Virus record (IMG/VR): IMGVR_UViG_3300023184_000026
Coordinates: 1-64,000 of that record
Strand: one strand, 5' to 3'
DNA length: 64,000 nucleotides
Positions within the stretch are counted from its first letter, which is position 1, and each line of letters begins with the position of its first letter. The notes under the pieces are model-generated. The model was not told the DNA's origin, made no database searches, and saw nothing but the letters and a program-made list of their open reading frames with translations. Below, one piece after another: positions 37,482 to 47,500 of this stretch. Both the position numbers and the translations under genes were made by a program.

Positions 37482-39020
37482 ATGGACAAAAACAAGATCA
37501 TAAGCGACATTTTGAATGAATGGGCAATGCGTTCACATGATGGATTGGTGTCTGGGCATGACACACCGGAGAATGCAGAAATATTTGAAGATATGCTACT
37601 TGAGTATGGATTGTCTGAATCTGAAATTGGAGAAGTCACGGCCCCAGTGTTTACCGAGGGTGAAGAACCCAAAGTATATGGTGATGACCGTGATTATATT
37701 TTTAAAGTAATTGATCCAAAAGACCGCAAAAAGATACTGCATTTTATATCAGTTGGACATCCAAACCAGGATAAATATCCAGATAAATCCATATATAAAG
37801 GTCCACGAGAATTTCCAGACAAGACTTATAAGATAGGAAATAAAGAAAATCAGAGCGATGCTTTGGTAAAAGCCGAGAAAGATGAAAAATTAAAATCGTT
37901 GAGAAATCGTAAATCGGTGTCTATAGCAAATGTACAAAAATTGAAAAGAGTATTTGAAACTTTTCCAAACCAATCTTTGGTAAAAAAATACAAATCCATG
38001 TATGATAGTATACCAACGATTGAAGAAGCCATTGAAATATACAAGGGAACTAAATACCCAGAATTTCAATCATTGATCAATGCAATTGATGATGTTAAAT
38101 TTGCTGGCGGCGGTCGCGGAGAAATACCTATTGTTTTTATTCTGAAAGGCGCAAGGTCTGGTGGCGGAACTGAAATGGATATTTTGTTTGCTGAACTTGC
38201 GGATAAACAAGGTGGGGTGGAAGTCAAAGAAGTGACGGGTGCCACAATTGCAATAAGCGCGCCGACTTTGACCGGGTTTTCAAATTCAAAGTTTAATATT
38301 GCAATACATGAACTTGCTCTTGCTGTAAACAAAACGCCAAAAATGAAAGACTTTATGCTCAAGGTATTGAACGATACGGGCGTAAGTAATGGGGGTCTGT
38401 ATCCTGATATCGGAACTGACTCGGATTTGAAAAAACACGAAACTGCAATCAATTCTTTTTTTGAAGATCCAAAAGTAGGCGAAGTTTCAAAATTTTTACT
38501 AGATTCAATTTTTTTAATATCCGAGAAGATAATTCAAAGAAAAAATAATCCAGACAACAAAGAAAAAAAATCAATTGGTTCGGTGGAAATTGACATTGGA
38601 AATAAACACCGTGAATTTAAAGTACCCGACGACAAAGTACCTGAACTAAGTGCAGCAATAGATTCCACACGAGGAGAAGAAACTACATTGAATGTGCCGA
38701 TATCTCCCAAGGATGAAGAAGGTGATGAAGCAATCGCAGACAAGGCAATGAAGCTGGCTTTTTTTAGAGAGAATTGGGATGAAAAAAGAGTACAGGACGA
38801 AGTTATAAATCTTGTAATAGGAAAGTACAAGAGAATGATCATCATTAATAAAAAGAAGGGAACCAACGACGCAGTGTTGTACGATGAGTCCAAGATCAAA
38901 ACATTGGAGTTTGTAGCACTTGGATTTGGAAAATTATACATGTATGTACCCGGAATGGGCAGAAGCAAATCACAAGCCGCAGGCGATGTGGGTGCAGCCG
39001 CAGCAACCCCAACTTCATAA
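37482..39020 (+). CDS. Hypothetical protein with a possible PD-(D/E)xK nuclease-like core
   Basis: GRGE...MDILF...GVEVKE; leader IISDILNEW. Confidence 0.45.
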   Translation: MDKNKIISDILNEWAMRSHDGLVSGHDTPENAEIFEDMLLEYGLSESEIGEVTAPVFTEGEEPKVYGDDRDYIFKVIDPKDRKKILHFISVGHPNQDKYPDKSIYKGPREFPDKTYKIGNKENQSDALVKAEKDEKLKSLRNRKSVSIANVQKLKRVFETFPNQSLVKKYKSMYDSIPTIEEAIEIYKGTKYPEFQSLINAIDDVKFAGGGRGEIPIVFILKGARSGGGTEMDILFAELADKQGGVEVKEVTGATIAISAPTLTGFSNSKFNIAIHELALAVNKTPKMKDFMLKVLNDTGVSNGGLYPDIGTDSDLKKHETAINSFFEDPKVGEVSKFLLDSIFLISEKIIQRKNNPDNKEKKSIGSVEIDIGNKHREFKVPDDKVPELSAAIDSTRGEETTLNVPISPKDEEGDEAIADKAMKLAFFRENWDEKRVQDEVINLVIGKYKRMIIINKKKGTNDAVLYDESKIKTLEFVALGFGKLYMYVPGMGRSKSQAAGDVGAAAATPTS

Positions 39021-39032
39021 AAAATAAAGACA

Positions 39033-39908
39033 ATGAATAATTTCATAAATAATATAATAACAGAAGCATCGTTGGATTGCAGAATTCCAAATGGAATGGT
39101 AAACTTGAAAAACACAGAACATATTCAAGTAGTTGCCGAGGCGATGTATGATGCTTGTGGAAATGAACAAGCGGTGAATGAGTTTGTTGAAAAATTCATG
39201 GATGAAGGTAAGTATCCAGAACGTCAGGCATACAATAAGGATGGATGGTTGGTGACATTTCCATCCGCCGAGTATAAACAAAAAGCACTAAAAAAAGGCA
39301 CACATTTTTCTTCTGATCCAACTCGCGGAAAAGGTGGAATGAATTTGTATTACAAAAAACGGGGTAAGCAAAAGAGACAAACACAGCAGGTGGCATCTAC
39401 CACACAGCAAGAAGAACCAGCAATTGCCAAATCACCAAGCAAAAAATTATCACCAATTGCAGACCCCGTCTCCACCAAACCGCAGGGTTCACCACAACCA
39501 CCGAGTTCATCTACAAGATCTGCAAGATTGGATGCACTGACAAAAAAACCCGACCTAGCGACACCAGCAAGATCGCCCACCGCGCCAACCGTCGCATCAA
39601 AAGAACCGACAGCACCTGTATCAAAAAAATCAGATTCTCCGACAGATGCGGATTTCATATCTACAAAGTCGGCAGAAACTCCTGCGATAGACGTTCCTGT
39701 GGTTACAACTCCACCCGCACAATACGCAGCGGCTTCAACAAAATTTGCAATTCAACGTGGATGGACATCTACTCCATATGGAGAATATAAAGACGGCGAA
39801 GGCAATCCGGTTGCTGTAGTAGGACTATCTGGTGAAGTTGTTCCGATACGAAATAATGATCGCGAAGAATACAAAATCTTTGCTGAAAAAATTATTCCAA
39901 AAGCATAA
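39033..39908 (+). CDS. Hypothetical protein with a Pro/Ser/Thr-rich linker
   Basis: 291 aa; N-terminus resembles that of 37482..39020. Confidence 0.55.
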   Translation: MNNFINNIITEASLDCRIPNGMVNLKNTEHIQVVAEAMYDACGNEQAVNEFVEKFMDEGKYPERQAYNKDGWLVTFPSAEYKQKALKKGTHFSSDPTRGKGGMNLYYKKRGKQKRQTQQVASTTQQEEPAIAKSPSKKLSPIADPVSTKPQGSPQPPSSSTRSARLDALTKKPDLATPARSPTAPTVASKEPTAPVSKKSDSPTDADFISTKSAETPAIDVPVVTTPPAQYAAASTKFAIQRGWTSTPYGEYKDGEGNPVAVVGLSGEVVPIRNNDREEYKIFAEKIIPKA

Positions 39909-39913
39909 CACAG

Positions 39914-40309
39914 ATGCCAGAATATAATGCACAACTGTTGTGTACGTTTGCGAAATATCAAACTTACGAAAATGAAATAACTGCATTAAGCAGCTATTAT
40001 CAAATCGTAGACAATAAAGTGTATGTATTACAAAGTGGAGACAATATTGACGATATATTTTTGACTTATAATGTAGTAAAGAATGGCAGTGAGTTTTATC
40101 CACATACCATGAGCGTGCATCGTAAAAAAGAATATAACATTATCTATAGCATAAATGCTTTGAATGAGTTGATCAAACTTGAGAATAATGGAGTAATGTC
40201 ATCTTCACATCAAATATCTTGGAACAATTATCGTAGCTGTTTTATCACATCGCGTGACGGAAAAGTAAAAATCACGCCAACAAAATTAGTCAAAATTATT
40301 AAAATATAA
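39914..40309 (+). CDS. Conserved-type hypothetical protein upstream of ssb
   Basis: LLCTF...HRKKEYN.IYSINALNELIK. Confidence 0.6.
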   Translation: MPEYNAQLLCTFAKYQTYENEITALSSYYQIVDNKVYVLQSGDNIDDIFLTYNVVKNGSEFYPHTMSVHRKKEYNIIYSINALNELIKLENNGVMSSSHQISWNNYRSCFITSRDGKVKITPTKLVKIIKI

Positions 40310-40411
40310 TTACTAAATTTTCTGGGTATTTAACCTATGAATTTATACTTATATTTGAATTAACAAATGACTAATTAACGATTAAAAAATGAGCATATTG
40401 CTTATTATAGA

Positions 40412-40479
40412 TTGACCATTGTCATTTGTTGATGCATTGTATCAACCTTGACCTAGTTGATGCATTTCAAATTGGTCAA
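40412..40479 (+). promoter_or_regulatory. Structured leader / possible promoter upstream of ssb
   Basis: TTGACC-N17-CATTGT. Hairpins at 40428-40446 and 40448-40479, both capped by GCATT. Confidence 0.45.
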
Positions 40480-40509
40480 ACAAGATTAAACATTAACAAA
40501 TAAAAAATT

Positions 40510-41328
40510 ATGGCATTAGATCTATCAAAAATTAAATCGCGTCTTGATTCTCTCAAGAGCAACACAACAAAATCCACTTCATTGTGGAAACCACAAGGTA
40601 AACAAACGATCCGTATTGTTCCTTACTCACACAATCCTGAAAATCCGTTCATTGAACTGCTTTTTCATTACAACATGAACGGTAAGACATATTTGTCTCC
40701 ATCTTCGTTTGGTCGTCCAGATCCAATCGTTGAGTTTGCCAGCAAGCTCAAGAAGACTGGCAGCAAAGAAGAATGGAAACAGGGTCGTGCATTGGAACCA
40801 AAACTTCGTACATATGTTCCTATTCTTGTTCGCGGTCAAGAATCTGAAGGTGTGAAATTCTGGGGTATGGGCAAGCAAGTATATCAAGAAATTCTTGCCA
40901 TCATTGCTGATCCTGACTATGGTGATATTACTGACCTAAAATCTGGTCGAGATATTACTGTGGAATTCAAAACCGCAGAAGAAACCGGAAAGTCATTTCC
41001 AGAAACTACAATTCGCGTCAAGCCAAACGCAACTGTTGCGTTTGATGTGAATGATGGTGCAGTCAAGGAAAAGGTCAAGAATCAGAAGAACGTCACAGAC
41101 CTGTTTCCTGAATTGACTTATGATGAACTGGCATCTGTTATGGATACTTGGCTCAATGCCTCAGAAGCAAATCCAGACGGTGATTCTGCACCAGAAACAA
41201 CCGACACTGCATCGGAAGAACCTGCTGTAAAGCCGGTTGTGAGTGCAACCGCCAAGGCTTCTGTCAAGGCTCCTGCCAACACAAAGGCAATTGCTGACGA
41301 GTTTAATGATTTGTTCAACAACGCCTAA
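40510..41328 (+). CDS. ssb: Single-stranded DNA-binding protein (T4 gp32-like)
   Basis: WKP.GKQTIRIVPY...PF.EL.FHY, LSP.SFG.PDPI.EF, DYGDITD...GRDI; acidic tail DEFNDLFNNA. Confidence 0.85.
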   Translation: MALDLSKIKSRLDSLKSNTTKSTSLWKPQGKQTIRIVPYSHNPENPFIELLFHYNMNGKTYLSPSSFGRPDPIVEFASKLKKTGSKEEWKQGRALEPKLRTYVPILVRGQESEGVKFWGMGKQVYQEILAIIADPDYGDITDLKSGRDITVEFKTAEETGKSFPETTIRVKPNATVAFDVNDGAVKEKVKNQKNVTDLFPELTYDELASVMDTWLNASEANPDGDSAPETTDTASEEPAVKPVVSATAKASVKAPANTKAIADEFNDLFNNA

Positions 41329-41360
41329 TAAGCGTTGATCAATCAATAAACTAAATTATA

Positions 41361-41398
41361 AAAGGGTGTACTGTTGTACACAATGGTACACCCTTTTT
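41361..41398 (+). terminator. Intrinsic terminator
   Basis: AAAGGGTGTAC...GTACACCCTTT followed by further Ts. Confidence 0.85.
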
Positions 41399-41421
41399 AA
41401 CTTTTAAAAATAATAATTATT

Positions 41422-42654
41422 ATGGAAAAAGAAAAAAAGAAAAAGTCCGTAGAAGTAGAAATTACATCCGGTCGAGACGAATTGGCAGAAGCATTGGCCG
41501 AGTCTATCAACAAGAACAGTGACGGTAAAGTTGCTTTCTTTCTTGACGCCGAAGATGATCCTTCTCAAATAGTTGATTGGGTTTCTAGCGGAAACAGTTT
41601 GGTTGATTTGGCTATTGCCAATCGTCCAAACGCGGGTTTGCCCGTGGGTCGAATCACTGAACTAACTGGTCTTGAAGCATCCGGAAAAAGTTTAATGGGT
41701 GCTCATTTGCTTGCAGAAACACAACGCAAGGGAGGTATGGCAGTTTTCATTGACACGGAAACATCCGTTTCAACTGAATTCTTGACTGCAATTGGAGTTG
41801 ATGTACCAAAAATGTTGTATATCAATGTTGATACTGTCGAAGATATCTTTGATAAAATCGAGGAAATCATCGGTTATGTTCGCAAGAGCAGCAAGAATCG
41901 TCTTGTTACAATTCTGGTTGATTCGGTTGCTGCTGCTTCCACAAAAAAGGAAATGGCAAGCGATCACGGTGCTGATGGTTATGCCACTGGCAAAGCCATC
42001 GCAATCAGCAAAGCAATGAGAAAGATCACAGGGCTGATTGCCAAACAGCGTATTTGTTTGGCTTTCACCAATCAACTTCGCCAAAAGGTTGGCTTTGTGG
42101 GACTGGGCGATCCATACACAACCAGTGGTGGCAAGGCTCTTGCTTTCCACGCCTCGTTGCGTTTGCGTCTAAAGAGCATCGGTCAAATCAAAAACAACGA
42201 CAAGCAAGCAATTGGTATCAAAACCAAATGCACGGTTATCAAAAACCGCATGGGACCACCAATGCGTTCTGTTGAGTTTGATATCTATTTTGACCGTGGT
42301 ATTGACAACTATGGAAATTGGTTGGAAAAATTGATTGAATGGGATGTTGTTACCAACGCCAAGAAGGTCAAAGTTGCGGGTGAGAAAAAAACCAAGAAGC
42401 AATTGGAAGAAGAAAAAGAAGAAGACAAGAAAGCAAAGAATCTTCAATTCATCATGGAGGTTGCTGGTAAAGAACCAGAAACCGTTGTGTTTGAAAAGAG
42501 AGACTTGCCAAAGTTGCTTGTTGATCGCCCCGAATGTAAAGAATACTTGTATTCTAAGATTTGCGAGCAATTCGTAATGAAATACAAGGCACCGAATAGT
42601 GAAATGGCAGATGATATTTCATATGATTCGGAAGCAGAAGGAATGGAAGATTAA
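41422..42654 (+). CDS. recA: RecA/UvsX recombinase
   Basis: GLPVGRITELTGLEASGKS, VFIDTE, VDSVAA, TNQLRQKVG, TSGGKALAFHASLRL. Confidence 0.95.
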   Translation: MEKEKKKKSVEVEITSGRDELAEALAESINKNSDGKVAFFLDAEDDPSQIVDWVSSGNSLVDLAIANRPNAGLPVGRITELTGLEASGKSLMGAHLLAETQRKGGMAVFIDTETSVSTEFLTAIGVDVPKMLYINVDTVEDIFDKIEEIIGYVRKSSKNRLVTILVDSVAAASTKKEMASDHGADGYATGKAIAISKAMRKITGLIAKQRICLAFTNQLRQKVGFVGLGDPYTTSGGKALAFHASLRLRLKSIGQIKNNDKQAIGIKTKCTVIKNRMGPPMRSVEFDIYFDRGIDNYGNWLEKLIEWDVVTNAKKVKVAGEKKTKKQLEEEKEEDKKAKNLQFIMEVAGKEPETVVFEKRDLPKLLVDRPECKEYLYSKICEQFVMKYKAPNSEMADDISYDSEAEGMED

Positions 42655-42664
42655 AGAAATTAAT

Positions 42665-42690
42665 CGTGTGGAGTGAAATACCTCCACACG
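42665..42690. other. GC-rich hairpin without a U-tract
   Basis: CGTGTGGAG-tgaaatac-CTCCACACG. Confidence 0.6.
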
Positions 42691-42708
42691 GTTCTCAAAT
42701 AAAATATT

Positions 42709-42945
42709 ATGGCTACAAAAAAAGAAAACAAGAAAAAAATTCCTCTCGAAGAATTGAGTTATGAGAGTTTTGAAAAGATGACTGAAGAAGAAGTGTTTAA
42801 AACATATTCGGCTGACATTAAAGATTATGGGCGTTGGCTTTGGAGAGAGCAAGATAAAGGTGGTCCCACATATTCTTTGCAGCAATGCATTGAACAAGCA
42901 AAGCAGGAGTTGATGGAAGGTAATTGGGGTCCAGCATCCGAATAA
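42709..42945 (+). CDS. Hypothetical protein
   Basis: 78-aa ORF with ATG. Confidence 0.55.
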   Translation: MATKKENKKKIPLEELSYESFEKMTEEEVFKTYSADIKDYGRWLWREQDKGGPTYSLQQCIEQAKQELMEGNWGPASE

Positions 42946-42949
42946 TATT

Positions 42950-43306
42950 ATGGCAACAAAAAATAGATATATTACATCAAATTTTACACCCGCTGAACCA
43001 GAAGAATTTCAGAAATGGTGCAAAGAAAAGAAGATTGAAATTCATAAAACTGGATATGGAGATAATGTATATTTGACTACAAATAAATGCAATCTTAGAT
43101 ATGATGAGCAACTTGTTCGTTTTACAAAACATGACAATGTAGCACTTCGCACTGTTATGCTTTGTGAAATACGATTCAAAGGAAATGAACTAATGGGATC
43201 AACATTCTGTAAAGTAGATGACAGTGGTATAAAAGAAGTTGGTGGATTATCATATCTACACAATATGCAAAGATTCTTCAACGCCATATTGGAACAAACA
43301 AAGTAA
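42950..43306 (+). CDS. Hypothetical protein
   Basis: 118-aa ORF abutting the exonuclease ATG. Confidence 0.55.
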   Translation: MATKNRYITSNFTPAEPEEFQKWCKEKKIEIHKTGYGDNVYLTTNKCNLRYDEQLVRFTKHDNVALRTVMLCEIRFKGNELMGSTFCKVDDSGIKEVGGLSYLHNMQRFFNAILEQTK

Positions 43307-44371
43307 ATGCAAGATCCAACAAAAAAGAAATTCGCATCAATATTCTCTCAGATAAAATCTGAACATGCTTCATTGCCTGTAAACACAAAGAAAGAAAAAA
43401 ATAGTGATATTCTTGTGGTTGATGGAACCAACAATTTTATTCGTTGTTGGACCGTAGTGCCAACTTTGAGTGATAATGGTGAGCATGTTGGTGGCGTGTC
43501 TGGGTTTTTGAGTAGTTTGGGTTATGCTATCAAACTGTTGCGTCCAACCAGAGTCATTGTTGTATTTGACGGCAAAGGTGGCAGTGAACGTCGCAGAAAG
43601 TTATATCCACAATATAAAGATGGTAGAAAGGTTATGAAACGACTCAATCGTGCATATGAAGATATGAGCGATGGAAATACTGAACAAAAATCGGTTGTAG
43701 AGCAAATGGGCAAACTTGTATCTTTTCTACAAGAACTGCCAGTGAGTATTGTATCAATTGATTATATTGAAGCAGATGACACAATTGGATATATTGCCAC
43801 ACAGATGTATAAAGATAGTAGAATCACTATCATGAGTGCTGATAAAGATTTTCTACAACTGGTAAATGATCGTGTACAAATTTGGAGTCCAATCAAGAAA
43901 AAGATTTATGGAGTACAGGATGTAATCAATGAGTATGGTATTCATCCCAGCAACTTTATTTATTATCGTATACTAGAAGGAGATTCTTCTGATAATATTG
44001 ATGGTGTAAGCGGCATTGGACTAAAAACTGCGATCAAAAGATTTCCTATGCTCGTTGAATCAACCGAGACTTCGGTAGAAAATATTCTACTTCGAGCCAA
44101 AGATTGTATCAATGAGTCTAAAGTATATGCTACGGTTATTGAAAATTCAGAAATTGTACAACGTAACTATACGCTGATGCAACTGAAAGAACCGAGTTTT
44201 GCACCATCTTTGCAAATGAAGATTGACGAATCGGTACAACGCATATATGATTTCAACAAGTTTCGGTTTATTCAGAAACTAACCACATATGGTATGCATA
44301 CAAGTATACCAAATTTTCATGTGTGGTTGCAAGAAGTGTTCTATCCTTTATCGGTGTTGGCCACTTCTTAA
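43307..44371 (+). CDS. 5'-3' exonuclease / RNase H (Pol I N-terminal, FEN-like)
   Basis: LVVDGTN.FIR, VVFDGKGGS..R..LYPQYK..R, EADD.I, SADKDFLQL, GDSSDNIDGV.GIG.KT. Confidence 0.9.
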   Translation: MQDPTKKKFASIFSQIKSEHASLPVNTKKEKNSDILVVDGTNNFIRCWTVVPTLSDNGEHVGGVSGFLSSLGYAIKLLRPTRVIVVFDGKGGSERRRKLYPQYKDGRKVMKRLNRAYEDMSDGNTEQKSVVEQMGKLVSFLQELPVSIVSIDYIEADDTIGYIATQMYKDSRITIMSADKDFLQLVNDRVQIWSPIKKKIYGVQDVINEYGIHPSNFIYYRILEGDSSDNIDGVSGIGLKTAIKRFPMLVESTETSVENILLRAKDCINESKVYATVIENSEIVQRNYTLMQLKEPSFAPSLQMKIDESVQRIYDFNKFRFIQKLTTYGMHTSIPNFHVWLQEVFYPLSVLATS

Positions 44372-44391
44372 TTTTACATTCTAATTAACAA

Positions 44392-44420
44392 TTGACTAAA
44401 TAACAAATACGAAATATCGT
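44392..44420 (+). promoter_or_regulatory. Sigma70-type promoter of the helicase locus
   Basis: TTGACT-N17-TATCGT, 17 nt before the ATG. Confidence 0.55.
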
Positions 44421-44437
44421 ATTAACAAATAACTATT

Positions 44438-45271
44438 ATGGCACCAGTAATCATCGACAATCTACATAAATTTGGCTTGGAATTCCAAGTAAAAATTGTA
44501 GCAAGTATTTTAACTGACAAAGTATTTCTTGAAAGAATATGCGACATTATTGATGTGGATGCTTTTGAAAACGAAGCCCATCAATGGATTCTCAAAGAAA
44601 TTATTCAATATCATATTCAATACAAAGACTTGCCAACACCGCAAGTATTCAAGGTTCGTATTGACACTATTGAAAACGATGCATTCAAATCATCTGTGGT
44701 ACAGCAACTAACACAAGTTTACACAAAAATCAGTGAAAAAGATTTGCAGTTTGTGCGCGAACAATTTCTTGAATTCTGTAAGAATCAAAAGTTGAAGAGT
44801 GCCATTATTGAATCAGTTGATCATCTAAAAACTGGTGAATATGATAAAATAAAGGGGCTGGTTGACAAGGCAATGAAGGCTGGCATGGAACGCAATCTTG
44901 GACACAACTACCATAAAGAAGTTGCTGGTCGTATGAGTGAAATGTGCCGCAAGACTATATCAACGGGTTGGGAAGTCATTGACAGCCTCATGGATGGTGG
45001 TCTTGGACCTGGTGAACTTGGTATTATTGTGGCTCCAGCGGGCATTGGAAAGTGCGTCGGCCCAAACACAAAAATTGATATTCAATATTATGAAACGGGT
45101 ATTCCAATAAAAGGAAATTCTGGCAAAGAATATATACTATGGTTTAAACCATTTGATAAATTTGAGTTTGATGGCAGAATGCTATTTGGTTGGCAAGTTG
45201 ACAATATTTTGTTTGAATTGGAGCAACTAAAGTTGCAGGTGCTGGATTCGGAAAAACAACATAAAAAATGA
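44438..45271 (+). CDS. dnaB: DnaB/gp41-like helicase N-extein (205 aa) + split-intein N-fragment (72 aa, from Cys at 45053)
   Basis: GLGPGELGIIVAPAGIGK followed by CVGPNTKIDIQY (intein block A), then non-helicase sequence and a stop. Confidence 0.9.
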   Translation: MAPVIIDNLHKFGLEFQVKIVASILTDKVFLERICDIIDVDAFENEAHQWILKEIIQYHIQYKDLPTPQVFKVRIDTIENDAFKSSVVQQLTQVYTKISEKDLQFVREQFLEFCKNQKLKSAIIESVDHLKTGEYDKIKGLVDKAMKAGMERNLGHNYHKEVAGRMSEMCRKTISTGWEVIDSLMDGGLGPGELGIIVAPAGIGKCVGPNTKIDIQYYETGIPIKGNSGKEYILWFKPFDKFEFDGRMLFGWQVDNILFELEQLKLQVLDSEKQHKK

Positions 45272-45304
45272 AGTTTTTGTGTTAATTGTTGATATTTATT
45301 TGGT

Positions 45305-46237
45305 ATGAACATATTAACATGCAAAATTTGCGGATTCTCCGCATCGTCATTAGTTTCTCATATACGTCATAAACATGCTACTAATGGAACCGATTACAAA
45401 ATAAAATTTGGAAACGTCCCATTGTCAGTAATGTCTGATCAACAGAAAAAAAAATTGTCAGACATAAATATAAAAAAATGTAAAGATCCCGCCCATATCA
45501 AACGTATGTCGGATGTACAAAAAATGGGCGGATCAATTTACACCAAATTATATTGGACGACACGAGGATTTTCGGATATAGAAGCCAAGAAAAAAATAAA
45601 AGAAATACAAACTTCAAATTCAAAAAAATCAGTTGCCAAAGGAAATTGGGGGAAGCGATCTTGGATGTTGGTGGAGTATTGGATTTCTAAAGGTTATACC
45701 GAAGATATGGCAAAGACGGAAATTTCTAAAAGACAAGCCAAATTGTCTGCAAAATCTTCAAAATTTTTGGGACATACGCGAACAGCTGAGTCGTGTGAGA
45801 AGATATCGTCGTCCATGCGTAAAAAAATTGATGAAATTGGAACGGGGCAATGGGCTTCTCACTTTGGAAAATTTTCCGGTAGAAGTAAAGCGGAAATAAA
45901 ATTTTATAATTATATTAAAGAAAATATAGAACCCACGGCAACGGCAAATGAACCAATCGGTGCATATATTGTCGATGTCATAGTTAATAAAAAAATAATT
46001 GAATTTTATGGGGATTTTTGGCACGCAAATCCAACTATTTATAAATCAAACGAAATATTAGCCGGTTATATGGAAACACCTCGTTCGGTCCAAGAGATTT
46101 GGAATAAGGATGCGAAAAGAGTGGACACACTTCGAACGATGGGGTATGATGTGCTAGAAGTGTGGGAATCGGATTGGAACGAGCAAAAAAATCAATCAAT
46201 CAACAAAATAAAACAATTTTTATATGGTAATTCGTAA
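45305..46237 (+). mobile_element. Free-standing Vsr-like/DUF559-type homing endonuclease gene
   Basis: C2H2 finger CKIC...HIRHKH; two YW..(R/K)G(F/Y) repeats; SKAE..FY; VDVIV...IEFYGDFWH; GYDVLEVWESDW. Sits between the split helicase halves. Confidence 0.8.
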
Positions 46238-47414
46238 ACGACTAACAACAGAAGAAATTTCTATGAAAGACCTATTTCATAAAATTGGCGTTGAAGATAA
46301 AGAATTGGCAGCATTGACTGTGCCTTTTCCACTATCCGTACATACGCCGTATGGATACAAACACATTGTGACTGCGTTTAGAACGGAGAAACAAAAAACA
46401 GTCACCACGTATTTTAAAAATAATACAACATTGAAAACATCCGATCATCACCAATTAAAAGTTAATGGCGATTGGAAAAAAGTAAAAGATATTATTGAGT
46501 CGGATGTAGTTGAGACAGAATCTGGCACAACCTCCATAAAGAAAAAGCATTATGGAAATGATGAAATATTATATGACATATCAGTTGAGGACGTACATTG
46601 CTATTACAGCAACGGAATTTTATCTCACAACTCGTGGTTACTATGTTCATTGGGTGCCAGAGCAATGAAATCGGGAAAGAATATTGCTCACTTCACACTG
46701 GAACTAAATGAAAATTATGTTGGTCTTCGTTATGATTGTTGTTTTACAGGAATTGAGTTTCAAGAAATTAAACATCGTCAATCCGACGTTGAAGAAAAAA
46801 TCAAAGACATCAAAGGAAAACTTTTTGTAAAGTATTTTCCATTGAAGACAGTAAGTGCTCAATCATTAAAGTTTCATATTGAACGCATACAAGCATTGGA
46901 AGGAATTCATATTGATGAAATGGTGGTTGATTATGCCGACATTTTGCGTCCTCTTGAAAAAGAAACCAACAGCAATAGCTATAGCGAGGCTGGTGGTATA
47001 TATGAAGAACTGCGTCAGGCTGCTGGTGAACTACAGATTCCAGTATGGACTGCTTCACAAACCAATCGCGGCGGTGGTCAAGAAGATGTTGTTCAAGCCC
47101 ATAACATCGCCGATTCATATCGTAAGATCATGACTGCCGACTTTGTGTTGAGTGTTGCCCGTAATACAACAGACAAAGCCAACAACACTGCTCGTTGTCA
47201 TGTTATCAAAAATAGATTTGGACCGGATGGTATTACCTTGTATGCCAATATGAACACCAGCACTGGTCAAATTGATTTGTATGACGCCAAATCCAAAGAA
47301 TCTATGGCAATCCAATCCACTATGGAAGGTGATGATAATAGTGTAAAGAACATGTTGAAAAATAAATGGAACAGTGGTCGCCAAAAGCAAAATGGCGAAA
47401 ACACCAATTTGTAA
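46224..47414 (+). CDS. dnaB: Split-intein C-fragment (136 aa) + helicase C-extein (260 aa)
   Basis: Block B TSDHH; block F LYDISVEDVHCYYSNGI; terminal SHN then Ser+1 at 46632; helicase motifs TLEL, VDYAD, WTASQTNR, KNRFG. Confidence 0.9.
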   Translation: MVIRKRLTTEEISMKDLFHKIGVEDKELAALTVPFPLSVHTPYGYKHIVTAFRTEKQKTVTTYFKNNTTLKTSDHHQLKVNGDWKKVKDIIESDVVETESGTTSIKKKHYGNDEILYDISVEDVHCYYSNGILSHNSWLLCSLGARAMKSGKNIAHFTLELNENYVGLRYDCCFTGIEFQEIKHRQSDVEEKIKDIKGKLFVKYFPLKTVSAQSLKFHIERIQALEGIHIDEMVVDYADILRPLEKETNSNSYSEAGGIYEELRQAAGELQIPVWTASQTNRGGGQEDVVQAHNIADSYRKIMTADFVLSVARNTTDKANNTARCHVIKNRFGPDGITLYANMNTSTGQIDLYDAKSKESMAIQSTMEGDDNSVKNMLKNKWNSGRQKQNGENTNL

Positions 47415-47500
47415 GAAAATATTCTAAAATTTTTTTACAAATTTATTTTTTATAAAATGTATTTATTCACCACACAACACCCAAACAAAAATTAACTTTT

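Noticed and set aside
45053-46631. Helicase break as a sequencing frameshift or pseudogene
   Set aside because: Both intein ends are intact, both halves have their own start and stop, and a complete endonuclease ORF lies between them.
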